In this document: piece by piece, positions 1 to 8,448 of the stretch
How the letters are laid out: each line of letters begins with the position of its first letter
Numbering within the stretch: position 1 is the stretch's first letter
Assembly (NCBI GenBank): GCA_048885535.1
Contig: JBHLLO010000012.1
Span: forward strand, 31,684 to 61,890
From: Candidatus Hermodarchaeota archaeon
Lineage (GTDB): Archaea > Asgardarchaeota > Lokiarchaeia > Sigyniarchaeales > SOKP01
DNA: 30,207 nucleotides
Direction: 5' to 3'
Translations under genes and position numbers: made by a program
Notes under the pieces: generated by a model
The model's input: only the letters and a program-made list of their open reading frames with translations
What the model was told of the DNA's origin: nothing
Database searches by the model: none

Positions 1-90
1 AAAGAAAATAGCGTTAAAAATTTAAAGTATAATACATTTATTTTATTACTTTATTATTGATTTATTAAAAGGATAAGTAATTGTTAAACT

Positions 91-465
91 ATGGCAAAGA
101 AAAACAAAAAGATTAGCGAAACTATTGATTTATCTCGTAAAAAAGAAAAGGAATTTGATATAGATACAAATATTAAAGTTGTCTATAAAACAGGCAAAAT
201 TATATTTGGTAGAGAGCAAGTTTTACAACAATTACGACAAAATCCTTTTAAAATGTTAATAATTGCCAATAATTGCCCAAAAGAATTTGAAGATCAAATT
301 ATCTATTATAATTCATTATTAAAAGATGGAACTTTTATTCATAAATATAAAGGATCTTCTTGGGATTTAGGTCTCGCAATGGGCAAACCATATATGGTAT
401 CAGTTATTGGTATAAATGATTTTGGAGATTCAGATTTAAAATCATTAAGAGCAAAGGCAAATTAA
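91..465 (+). CDS. rpl30e: 50S ribosomal protein L30e (eL30), with short basic N-terminal extension
   Basis: KTGKIIFG...LIIANNCP...YKGSSWDLGLAMGKPYMVSVIGINDFGDS matches the L30e pattern; it lies upstream of nusA-S12-S7 as in the archaeal str cluster. Confidence 0.95.
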   Translation: MAKKNKKISETIDLSRKKEKEFDIDTNIKVVYKTGKIIFGREQVLQQLRQNPFKMLIIANNCPKEFEDQIIYYNSLLKDGTFIHKYKGSSWDLGLAMGKPYMVSVIGINDFGDSDLKSLRAKAN

Positions 466-487
466 TTAAGTTAGTTGATTCCCTAAA

Positions 488-961
488 ATGTTAAAAAAAA
501 ACATAAAATTTGATCGCCAATCAATGGAACTCATTTCTCTATTTAATAGTATCACAGGTGCTATAATCAAAGATTGCTTAATATTTCAATCGCCCGAAAA
601 TGATACAGAGATTGTAATATTTCTAGTGAAAAAGGAGGATGTGGGAAAAGCAATTGGAAAAGCTGGAGAACACGTAAAGGATCTCATGGCTAAATTACAA
701 AAAAAAATAGATGTTATCCCTTGGTCCGATAAACTTGAAGAGTTTATTCAATTTATATTAAATACTTCAAAAAATTCTATCAAAATGCTAAATATAGAAA
801 TTAGAGAAAATAAGAATCAAAAGAAAACAGTAATAATCTCAGTACGACCTCAAGATCGAGGGAAAGCTATTGGTAAAGAAGGTTCAATGATAAGAAAAAT
901 AAAAGAATTAGTTTTACGTCATTTTGAAGTAGATAATGTAATTATTAATACCAAAAACTGA
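488..961 (+). CDS. nusA: Archaeal NusA (two KH domains)
   Basis: Two GKAIGK-x-G KH loops (VGKAIGKAG, RGKAIGKEG); conserved position between L30e and S12. Confidence 0.93.
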   Translation: MLKKNIKFDRQSMELISLFNSITGAIIKDCLIFQSPENDTEIVIFLVKKEDVGKAIGKAGEHVKDLMAKLQKKIDVIPWSDKLEEFIQFILNTSKNSIKMLNIEIRENKNQKKTVIISVRPQDRGKAIGKEGSMIRKIKELVLRHFEVDNVIINTKN

Positions 962-1058
962 AACTTTAATATTCCTAATCCAAAAATTTTAAGTTTAAAG
1001 CTATACTCATTTTTGTATTGTATTAATATTAAAATGATAAGAATTTAAAACGATTTAT

Positions 1059-1493
1059 ATGAGCAAACCTAAAGGCCTATTTGCAGCAAGGAAACTTCGA
1101 ACCAATCGTAAGAAATTACGGTGGTCAAAAACAAAATATAAGCGTAAGAAACTTAAATTAAAGAAGAAAGTTGACCCACTCGAAGGCGCTCCCCAAGCTC
1201 TAGGTATTGTATTACAGAAAGTTGGACGAGAAAGCAAACAACCTAACTCTGCCATTCGAAAATGTGTACGTGTACAGCTTAAAAAGAACGGAAAAGGAGT
1301 CACTGCTTTTCTCCCTGGCGATGGAGCCCTTAATTTCATTGAGGAACATGATAGGGTCACTATTGAAGGAATTGGTGGAGCAAAAGGACGATCAATAGGA
1401 GATCTTCCAGGTGTTCGCTATAAAGTCGTTAAAGTAAATGGAGTCTCATTGGATGCCCTTATTAAAGGGATTAAAGAAAAACCGATGCGTTAG
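1059..1493 (+). CDS. rps12: 30S ribosomal protein S12 (uS12)
   Basis: [15 protein letters not shown] and [18 protein letters not shown] signatures of archaeal/eukaryotic uS12. Confidence 0.98.
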   Translation: MSKPKGLFAARKLRTNRKKLRWSKTKYKRKKLKLKKKVDPLEGAPQALGIVLQKVGRESKQPNSAIRKCVRVQLKKNGKGVTAFLPGDGALNFIEEHDRVTIEGIGGAKGRSIGDLPGVRYKVVKVNGVSLDALIKGIKEKPMR

Positions 1494-1504
1494 AGGCAAA
1501 GAAA

Positions 1505-2122
1505 ATGAGTAAACAAAAGGAAGAAATCAAATTATTTAACAAGTGGTCATTTCAGAATATTGAAATAAGTGATTGGACATTAGAGAAATATATTAACTTA
1601 AAGCCAGTTATTATTCCTCACTCAGCAGGTCGACATGAACATAAAAGATTTTGGAAATCCTCAAGAGTTTCTATTATTGAACGATTTGTCAATAGGCTAT
1701 TAGCGCCTGGTTATATTGGGAGTAAAATAAAGGGTCATAAAAGTTCATATAATTCAGGAAAAAAAAGTAAATTATTAAACAGTATTAAAAATGCCTTTAC
1801 ATTAATTGAATTAACTACTGGTCAAAATCCGATACAAATACTTGTAGACGCTATTTGTAATACAGCTCCAAGAGAAGAAACAACAAGAATCGCTTTAGGG
1901 GGAATTTCATATGCTTCAGCTGTCGATATATCTCCTCAACGTCGAGTAGATTTGGCTCTTAAGTATATAGTTCAAGCCATTGGCTCCCGATCCCGTTCTA
2001 ATGTAAAACAATTTGAAGAAAATTTAGCTCAAGAGTTAATTCTAGCAGCAAATAATAGCCAAGATTCGAGAGCTGTTAAAAAAAAGGATGAAATAGAGAG
2101 AGTAGCTGTTTCTGCACGATAA
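1505..2122 (+). CDS. rps7: 30S ribosomal protein S7 (uS7)
   Basis: IKLFNKW, NPIQILVDAI..APREETTRI, AVDISPQRRVDLAL, KKDEIERVA. Confidence 0.98.
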   Translation: MSKQKEEIKLFNKWSFQNIEISDWTLEKYINLKPVIIPHSAGRHEHKRFWKSSRVSIIERFVNRLLAPGYIGSKIKGHKSSYNSGKKSKLLNSIKNAFTLIELTTGQNPIQILVDAICNTAPREETTRIALGGISYASAVDISPQRRVDLALKYIVQAIGSRSRSNVKQFEENLAQELILAANNSQDSRAVKKKDEIERVAVSAR

Positions 2123-2140
2123 TCTTTTTCTATAATTTTT
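2123..2140 (+). terminator. Putative archaeal oligo-T terminator after rps7
   Basis: TCTTTTTCTATAATTTTT immediately after the stop codon; weak evidence given the AT-rich background. Confidence 0.35.
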
Positions 2141-2196
2141 AAACCACTAATTCTGTGTTTTTAATAGCGAAGTAGATAAAATTATAATCTTCACTT

Positions 2197-2337
2197 TATC
2201 ATAAATATAAACACAAATATCACCTAGATATCACCAGAATTGGTGTTAGGATAAATTTCTTCCTAAATTTTTATATATTGCGAAATTCATAATTTAGTTA
2301 ACGAAATTTAAAGAAATATCACGATTTTGATGATAAC
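2197..2337 (+). promoter_or_regulatory. Candidate operator region with repeated TATCA(C) motifs and short inverted repeats
   Basis: ATATCAC at 2217, 2228 and 2316; CACCA-gaat-TGGTG at 2232-2245; TTAGGA-N9-TCCTAA at 2246-2266; TATCA-N9-TGATA at 2317-2335, directly before the GTG start. Confidence 0.3.
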
Positions 2338-4269
2338 GTGGGTGCCGACAAAAAATCACTTATGATAGAAAGACATTTGCGGATATTAGGGCAGAAAGTT
2401 CGAATAGAAATCTTAAAGAGATTGAATACTAGCCTAATTCCCTTATCTTTTTCAACGCTTCAAAAGGAAATATGTGATATAAATCAGACTAATATTAATT
2501 TATCATTCCATTTGAAAACTCTTAGAGAAGCAAATCTAATAGAATCATTAGAAGAAGGCTATCAAATCTCTATTTTAGGAAAAAAAATTTTAAATAATAT
2601 TATAATGATGGAACAGATTCTCAATGCCCAAAATAAAACGATAATGATAAGAACGTCTAAATATTCTAAAGAACCATTTAATATCAAAAAAATTGAAGAA
2701 TATTTAATAAAAGAGGGAGAGTTGGATGAAAATCAAGCAAAACAAATTGCACAAGAAGTTCAAGAACGCCTTGATAAAGCTAATATTGAATATCTGACAG
2801 CTCCTCTAATGAGGGAATATATTAATGCAATATTATTAGAAAATGGTTTAGAAAAAGTAAGACATAAGCTTACCCGGTTGGGAACACCTCCTTACGAAGC
2901 TTTCATTTTATTTACAAATAAATCAGTTAATCCGGACCAATTCTTGGAGCGATTAGGTTCTGATGTTTCTGAGCAATTTCTTCTATTGAACCTATTACCC
3001 AATCATTTAGCTGATTTATATTTATCTGGGGATATAACTCTCTTGAATTTGAATAACTGGGGATTAAGACCTCTGAGTTTTTACATCAATACTGAATCAA
3101 TATTAAATTTTATTGAGAAATCTCTTTCGATTGAAATCAATGATATTTCAAGTTTATTCGAATTTGCCATGATAATTCTAAAATTTTTTGAGATTATGGC
3201 TTTATTCAAACCGTATTTTTCAGAAGATATCCTTCTTGGAAGCTTTAGTGGACTAATAAACTCAATTATTGGTTTTAAGAATCAAGGCTTACTAAACCTA
3301 TTTATAAATCAAATCTGTAAATCAAATAAATCTTATACCTTAGACTTTTCGTGTCAAAACTCTGATCATCTAATTGAACATTTCTTTACTTCATTGAGTT
3401 CACTTATCGATTCTAAACTTAAAAACCAAATGCCCTTACTTTTAATTGATTACTCGAAATTAAATATGCTTGACTCTAATTTGCTATGTCAAAATATAAT
3501 CCCAAAATTAAAAAACTCTTTAATTTTTTGTAATAAAAAATCAAGCTTATTGAATTCCTCAATTATTAACCTAAAACTAAATAACATTTGCGATCTTAGA
3601 GGGAATAAAATCATATTAGATAAAATTTTAATTAATTTACATTCTATAGCTTTACAAAGTAATCAAAATGATGATAAATTTTATGATTTAGTTGAGGAAC
3701 GATTGAAAAGGGTATTTGAACTGTATAAAATTAAGTATGAATTGGTCTACAAGAAACTAAATCCATTGAAAGAATGGGAAAAAATAACTGATTCCTTCTT
3801 TAATGAAAAAGGACCTACACTTTTAAGGAATGCCATAAAATCTGTCTCCTTTTTTGGATTAAATAAAGCAATAAAAACCCATTGTGGAATTGAGCTTGAT
3901 CGAATTGATACTAGCCAAAAATTTGCTTTGAAAATTATATCCTTGATGAATAAACTTGTCAGTGAGATAGCACAAAATGAGAACGAAAATTATATCTTGA
4001 GTCAACCCCATGATGGTGAGTATTTATATCCCTCGATAAATGCCCTAAATTTGAGTTCAGAAGAAGAATTCAGGGGATATTCTATGAATATCATAAGAAC
4101 AGAATCAAATTTACCGCTTGAAAAACAGATATCAATATTTAAAAAATTTGAATCAAAACTTAATGGTGGGGCTATTTTTAATTATTATTTAGGACTAAAC
4201 GATCTTTCAATAAAAGATGTAATTGATTTTTTATCCAAATCCAAGTTATCTGCATTCTGTATTAATTAA
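2338..4269 (+). CDS. Winged-HTH (ArsR-like) + ATP-cone + degenerate, C-terminally truncated class III ribonucleotide reductase (NrdD)-like protein
   Basis: N-terminal RIEILKRL...LSFSTLQ...LSFHLKTLREANLIE...GYQISILG is wHTH-like. IRTSKYSKEPFNIKKIEEYLIKE...LTAPLMREYINAILLENG is an ATP cone. RLGTP, LADLYLSGDI, INLHSIA, SVSFFGLNKAI and LNGGAIF resemble archaeal NrdD. No C-terminal CxxC or RxxGY motif is present. Confidence 0.8.
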   Translation: MGADKKSLMIERHLRILGQKVRIEILKRLNTSLIPLSFSTLQKEICDINQTNINLSFHLKTLREANLIESLEEGYQISILGKKILNNIIMMEQILNAQNKTIMIRTSKYSKEPFNIKKIEEYLIKEGELDENQAKQIAQEVQERLDKANIEYLTAPLMREYINAILLENGLEKVRHKLTRLGTPPYEAFILFTNKSVNPDQFLERLGSDVSEQFLLLNLLPNHLADLYLSGDITLLNLNNWGLRPLSFYINTESILNFIEKSLSIEINDISSLFEFAMIILKFFEIMALFKPYFSEDILLGSFSGLINSIIGFKNQGLLNLFINQICKSNKSYTLDFSCQNSDHLIEHFFTSLSSLIDSKLKNQMPLLLIDYSKLNMLDSNLLCQNIIPKLKNSLIFCNKKSSLLNSSIINLKLNNICDLRGNKIILDKILINLHSIALQSNQNDDKFYDLVEERLKRVFELYKIKYELVYKKLNPLKEWEKITDSFFNEKGPTLLRNAIKSVSFFGLNKAIKTHCGIELDRIDTSQKFALKIISLMNKLVSEIAQNENENYILSQPHDGEYLYPSINALNLSSEEEFRGYSMNIIRTESNLPLEKQISIFKKFESKLNGGAIFNYYLGLNDLSIKDVIDFLSKSKLSAFCIN

Positions 4270-4274
4270 ATATG

Positions 4275-5195
4275 TTAATCACTTAGGAGCTCAGCCAGAA
4301 TAGCTTTTCTCATAGGGATTCCATAGTAAGTTTGTTTAAAATAGATAGCTTTTTTTGAATTATCTACTTCAGGAGAAACTTCAGTTAATCGGGGTAAAGG
4401 ATGCATAATTTTAAAATTATCTTTTGTCATTTTTAGATCTTCATTAGTAAATATATAGAAACCCTTAACTCTATCATATTCTTCAATATCAGCAAATCTT
4501 TCCTTTTGGATTCTGGTTACATATAATACATCTAAAATTTCTAAAATATCTCTATATTTCTCTACTTCCTTATATTTTACCTTTCTTTGTTGTAAATATT
4601 CTTTATCTCTATTTCTAAGCATTAAATCCTTAGGGCTTATAAAATAAATATTTACATCATAATTTGACAGGAGTATTGCTAGAGAATGAACGGTTCTCCC
4701 ATATTTTAGATCTCCCATAATACCTATATTTAAGCCGTCTAATTTGCCTATTTCTTCAGCTATGGTTAATAAATCTAATAAAGCTTGAGTTGGGTGTTCC
4801 CCACTTCCAGATCCTGCATTTATTACAGGGACTTTCGCAAACTTAGCGGCTAAAGTGGCTGCTCCCTCTAATGGATGCCTAATGACGATACAATCACTAT
4901 AATTCTCTACAGTTCGAACTGTATCTGCAATACTTTCTCCTTTCTTTATTGAAGAAACACTTGCAGATGAAAAACCAATTACTTTTCCTCCTAATCTGTG
5001 CATCGCAGATTCAAAGCTTAAGCGTGTTCTTGTAGATGGTTCAAAAAACAATGTTGCTAGAATTTTTCCTCTAAGTAGATCCAAATTATTGTCGTTATGA
5101 AGCATTATTTTAGCCTTATTTAATATATATTCAATATCTTCTCGATTGAAGTCTCTAGCAGTGATTATACCTTTATGAAATTTCTCTTTGAACAT
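4275..5195 (-). CDS. pyrB: Aspartate carbamoyltransferase catalytic subunit
   Basis: FFEPSTRTRLSFE, HPTQALLD, GDLKYGRTVHSL, TRIQKER and HPLPR motifs. Confidence 0.98.
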   Translation of the reverse strand: MFKEKFHKGIITARDFNREDIEYILNKAKIMLHNDNNLDLLRGKILATLFFEPSTRTRLSFESAMHRLGGKVIGFSSASVSSIKKGESIADTVRTVENYSDCIVIRHPLEGAATLAAKFAKVPVINAGSGSGEHPTQALLDLLTIAEEIGKLDGLNIGIMGDLKYGRTVHSLAILLSNYDVNIYFISPKDLMLRNRDKEYLQQRKVKYKEVEKYRDILEILDVLYVTRIQKERFADIEEYDRVKGFYIFTNEDLKMTKDNFKIMHPLPRLTEVSPEVDNSKKAIYFKQTYYGIPMRKAILAELLSD

Positions 5196-5355
5196 AATTA
5201 TACCTAATAAGAGTTTTATTAAAATTATGAATGAAAAATATAAATTCTTTTTTATTGAATTAGAATTAGTATATTAAGAATTTAATCAGAACTAATAAAA
5301 TTTAAAATTTATAAATAATTATTTATGTCATTCTAAGGAAAGAAGGTCAAAACAA

Positions 5356-5637
5356 ATGAAATATCCTCGAAGTATTCAGCGATATTGTAAAAATTGCAGA
5401 CAGCATACTAAGCATTCTATTTCTATATATAAAAAAGGGAAGGAAAGGATGTTAAATCAAGGAAGACGAAGATTGGAAAGAAAAAAAAGAGGATATGGGT
5501 CATTTCCAAAAGAAATTTTTCATAAAAACGCAAAAGTTAATAAAATGGTCACACCTCTATTAGAATGTAGTGTATGCGGCAAAAAACAATATGCCAAATC
5601 CTATCGTGTAAAAAGATTAGAATTGCAAGAAGCATAA
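5356..5637 (+). CDS. rpl44e: 50S ribosomal protein L44e (eL42)
   Basis: YCKNCRQHTKH...QGRRR..RKKRGYG...LECSVCGK zinc-finger pattern. Confidence 0.95.
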   Translation: MKYPRSIQRYCKNCRQHTKHSISIYKKGKERMLNQGRRRLERKKRGYGSFPKEIFHKNAKVNKMVTPLLECSVCGKKQYAKSYRVKRLELQEA

Positions 5638-5650
5638 AAGGTTAATGTAA

Positions 5651-5857
5651 ATGCCAAAAAAGAAAGCACAGAAAGACTTAATTCCTGGTCCAAAGAGCAG
5701 GTTTTTAAGGGTTAAATGCCTTAACTGTGGAAATCAACAAATTATTTTTGGATGTTCAGCTACAGATGTATCTTGTTTAGTTTGTGGAAAACTTTTACTT
5801 CAGTCTACTGGAGGAAAAGCACGCATATTAACAAAAATTTTGGAAGTACTTTCTTAA
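5651..5857 (+). CDS. rps27e: 30S ribosomal protein S27e (eS27)
   Basis: [20 protein letters not shown]...[13 protein letters not shown]. Confidence 0.96.
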   Translation: MPKKKAQKDLIPGPKSRFLRVKCLNCGNQQIIFGCSATDVSCLVCGKLLLQSTGGKARILTKILEVLS

Positions 5858-6022
5858 ACATTAAGATTAATATATCTATAAATAAACTAACTAGATTTTT
5901 CTCATTTAAGAGCGGTTTCTATAAAATTTAAATAATTTTAGCCTTTAATATTTAAATGGGATTGAAACTCTCCAAAATTATCTTATAATGTAGAATAATA
6001 ATCTAATTGGGCTGAGTAAGAG

Positions 6023-6211
6023 ATGGATGAGAATAAAAAATTCGATCAAATAGTTGAGAGAGGATTAACGGAATACTTTAAACGTAATCCGAGAATAGCT
6101 GTTAAATTCGGGAAAGAAGAATATGAAAAAGTTGTAGAATCGGGAACTAAAGAACACAGTTTTCAGTCTCGGAAAATTATCGTAAAACTAAACTTTCACG
6201 AAAAAAATTAG
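6023..6211 (+). CDS. Small hypothetical protein (62 aa)
   Basis: ATG-started ORF with charged, protein-like composition filling the gap between rps27e and tfs; no recognisable motif. Confidence 0.55.
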   Translation: MDENKKFDQIVERGLTEYFKRNPRIAVKFGKEEYEKVVESGTKEHSFQSRKIIVKLNFHEKN

Positions 6212-6226
6212 TATCATCATGGAGCA

Positions 6227-6565
6227 TCAGTTTTTTCTCCAGGTATACTTACATTTAACACATTTAAAGAAAGAGGTACTTGGTTCATCTGCACTTCTAA
6301 TCTGCCTTTGCCACGCTTCTGCCTGAGTATGCCCACACTTAGGGCAAATTTCATTTACTTTAATATGAATAGGAATCTTATCTTTTTCTGATAATATTAA
6401 TAGTTTTTTTTCCAAAGCTTTTTTCTTTTTATTTACAATTCTTTCAGTTTCCTCAGTGTTTTTCTCTGCTTCTCGTTGATAACCACATTTACAAAAAAGA
6501 TAAACTATACCTTCTTCAAATTTTCTCCTTAAAAGACTCGAACAGTTTGGACAAAAATCAACCAT
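6227..6565 (-). CDS. tfs: Transcription factor S (TFS/RpoM family)
   Basis: N-terminal FCPNC..CKCGY ribbon; C-terminal CPKCGH...QIRSADEPSTSFFKCVKCKYTWR with intact DE catalytic pair. Confidence 0.95.
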   Translation of the reverse strand: MVDFCPNCSSLLRRKFEEGIVYLFCKCGYQREAEKNTEETERIVNKKKKALEKKLLILSEKDKIPIHIKVNEICPKCGHTQAEAWQRQIRSADEPSTSFFKCVKCKYTWRKN

Positions 6566-6665
6566 TTTAAAGAAACTTAATTTAGTTAATTTAAATCACT
6601 AAATTATTATCTTTAAAAAAATTTATGAATAAATAGTTTTAATAGTATTCAATGGTGCAAAAAAA

Positions 6666-7022
6666 ATGAGAATTCAAGAGTTTATAACCTTCTTAGGAAC
6701 GAAAAATCTAAATAATACTGCTTATTTTTATCAAAATGTATTAGGCTTAAAGTTATATAAAGATCAAGGCTTATGTAAAATTTTTAATGTCACCAAAGAA
6801 TCAAAAATAGGTTTTTGTTCACATATGCCTATTATTTCAGCAGATAAAGGTCCAATTTTAACATTAGTTGTAGAAAATGTTGAAGAATTTTATAAAAAAC
6901 TAATAAATTTAGGCCAAGAAATTCCCAATCCGCCAAAAATAAATCCAAAATTTAATATTTACCATTTCTTCTTTTACGATCCTAATGGTTATACACTAGA
7001 AATACAAAAATTTTTAGATTAA
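6666..7022 (+). CDS. VOC/glyoxalase-bleomycin resistance family protein
   Basis: FYQNVLGLKL, LTLVVENVEEFYKKL, FFFYDPNGYTLEIQ. Confidence 0.88.
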   Translation: MRIQEFITFLGTKNLNNTAYFYQNVLGLKLYKDQGLCKIFNVTKESKIGFCSHMPIISADKGPILTLVVENVEEFYKKLINLGQEIPNPPKINPKFNIYHFFFYDPNGYTLEIQKFLD

Positions 7023-7355
7023 TTCCTTTTTAATCTCATAAATTTTCTTATAATATTCAAAATTGAGATTATTCATATCTTGTATAATATCCGCTTCAAG
7101 TTCTTTTTCTCCGTTAACTTTAATGTTTAGATCACCAATTACATTAATTAAATCATTCTTCTTAAATTTAAAGTCAACATCCTTAAGATTTACCATAATA
7201 TCTCCGGTTTGATCATCTAAGACAATTATATCATTGTCAATTCTTTCTTTAAAATACCCTGTAACTTGAATTCGCACATCTTCTTCAGTAATATCTTTTA
7301 TCATTCTTTGTTTTGCATATTGATGCTCGTTTCTTCCATATTCCATACAAATCAA
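7014..7355 (-). CDS. Single OB-fold protein, RPA14/RPA3-like replication protein A small subunit (start may be the ATG at 7346)
   Basis: QRMIKDITEEDVRIQVTG...LDDQTG...LINVIG...EADIIQDMNNLNFEYYKKI resembles the Thermococcales RPA14 layout (OB fold plus C-terminal trimerisation helix). Confidence 0.72.
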   Translation of the reverse strand: MICMEYGRNEHQYAKQRMIKDITEEDVRIQVTGYFKERIDNDIIVLDDQTGDIMVNLKDVDFKFKKNDLINVIGDLNIKVNGEKELEADIIQDMNNLNFEYYKKIYEIKKELI

Positions 7356-7452
7356 TAAATTTTCTATTTATATAGATTTAAAAATTGAAGGTTATTAATT
7401 ATAAATAATTCAAAGGTTAAAATTTTCTGTTATTAAACCTCTAATACTGAAT

Positions 7453-7460
7453 TTTATAAA
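7453..7460. promoter_or_regulatory. Palindromic TATA-like element in the divergent RPA14-like/PCNA intergenic region
   Basis: TTTATAAA about 66 nt upstream of the PCNA ATG; weak evidence in AT-rich DNA. Confidence 0.25.
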
Positions 7461-7526
7461 CAGTGTGGTAAAAAAAATATTAATATCAAATCATTATAAC
7501 TATTAAAATAAAAGAACTGATTAAAA

Positions 7527-8354
7527 ATGTCATTTTTATTAAAATTAGATGATAGTCGGATTTTAAGAGGAATTATTGAAACTTTTGCTAGTTTTAGTGA
7601 TGAAAGCGAATTCAAGGTTAGCTCAAAGGATTTCGAAATTACCTCATACGACGAGAGCATGGTTAGCTTAATCAAATTTACCATGGATAAAGATAAGTTT
7701 GATGATTATAAATGTGCTAAAGAACATAAAATAAGCTTAAATATAGATGATTTAGACAAGATCTTAAAGAGAAGCACTATAGATGATTCTATTGAGCTTG
7801 AATTCCAAGAGACTGATCAAAAAATAAAAATTAAAATGAAGAATAAATCTTCTAAACGAATTCGTACATTTAGTTTATCCGTATTAGGAACCACGAAAGA
7901 AGAGGTTTCTATCGATAAATTACAGCAGATTGAATATCTAGCTACATGGGCAATGACACCCCCAGATTTTTCACCAGATTTGTTAGTAGACGCTATAAAA
8001 GATGCCGAGATATATTCAGACATTTTAAATATAAAAGTAGATGAAAATAGTGGATTAACATTTAACTCTTCAGGTCAAATTGGAGAAATGGAATATAATA
8101 TTGAATTAGATGATTTACCAGAGAAAAAAATCAAAGAAACAGAAATAGGTGCATACTCAATATCTTTCTTAAAAAAAATTCTCAAGCTTGCATCCATTAC
8201 AGAAAAATTAGATATATTTCTCAAAACTGATTATCCATTAAAAATGATTTTTAACATATTAAACGGAGGAATATTATACTATTTTCTTGCTCCTCGCGTC
8301 GATAAAGACGAATTTCAAGATGATGAAGATATGGATGAATTCGATGAGTTCTGA
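7527..8354 (+). CDS. pcn: DNA polymerase sliding clamp PCNA, with acidic C-terminal tail
   Basis: SYDESMVSLI, LNIDDLDKILKR, YSISFLKKILK, DYPLKMIF and YYFLAPRV motifs. Confidence 0.96.
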   Translation: MSFLLKLDDSRILRGIIETFASFSDESEFKVSSKDFEITSYDESMVSLIKFTMDKDKFDDYKCAKEHKISLNIDDLDKILKRSTIDDSIELEFQETDQKIKIKMKNKSSKRIRTFSLSVLGTTKEEVSIDKLQQIEYLATWAMTPPDFSPDLLVDAIKDAEIYSDILNIKVDENSGLTFNSSGQIGEMEYNIELDDLPEKKIKETEIGAYSISFLKKILKLASITEKLDIFLKTDYPLKMIFNILNGGILYYFLAPRVDKDEFQDDEDMDEFDEF

Positions 8355-8448
8355 ATTTTTTAATAATCCTTCTTACTCACACCTTATTTAATTACGTTTT
8401 TACTCTATTATTCAAATTGAAACAAAATTCATATGAGGATTTGGAAAA

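Noticed and set aside
1055-1398. ORFs 1055..1360(-) and 1207..1398(+)
   Set aside because: Shadow frames overlapping rps12, with no motifs.
2211-2226. ACACAAATAT resembles the left half of a bacterial NrdR box
   Set aside because: The right half does not match the palindromic consensus.
2338-4269. Annotation as a functional nrdD or as a pseudogene
   Set aside because: The glycyl-radical motif is absent, so it is not a normal NrdD. The 643-codon frame is uninterrupted, so there is no sign of pseudogene decay.
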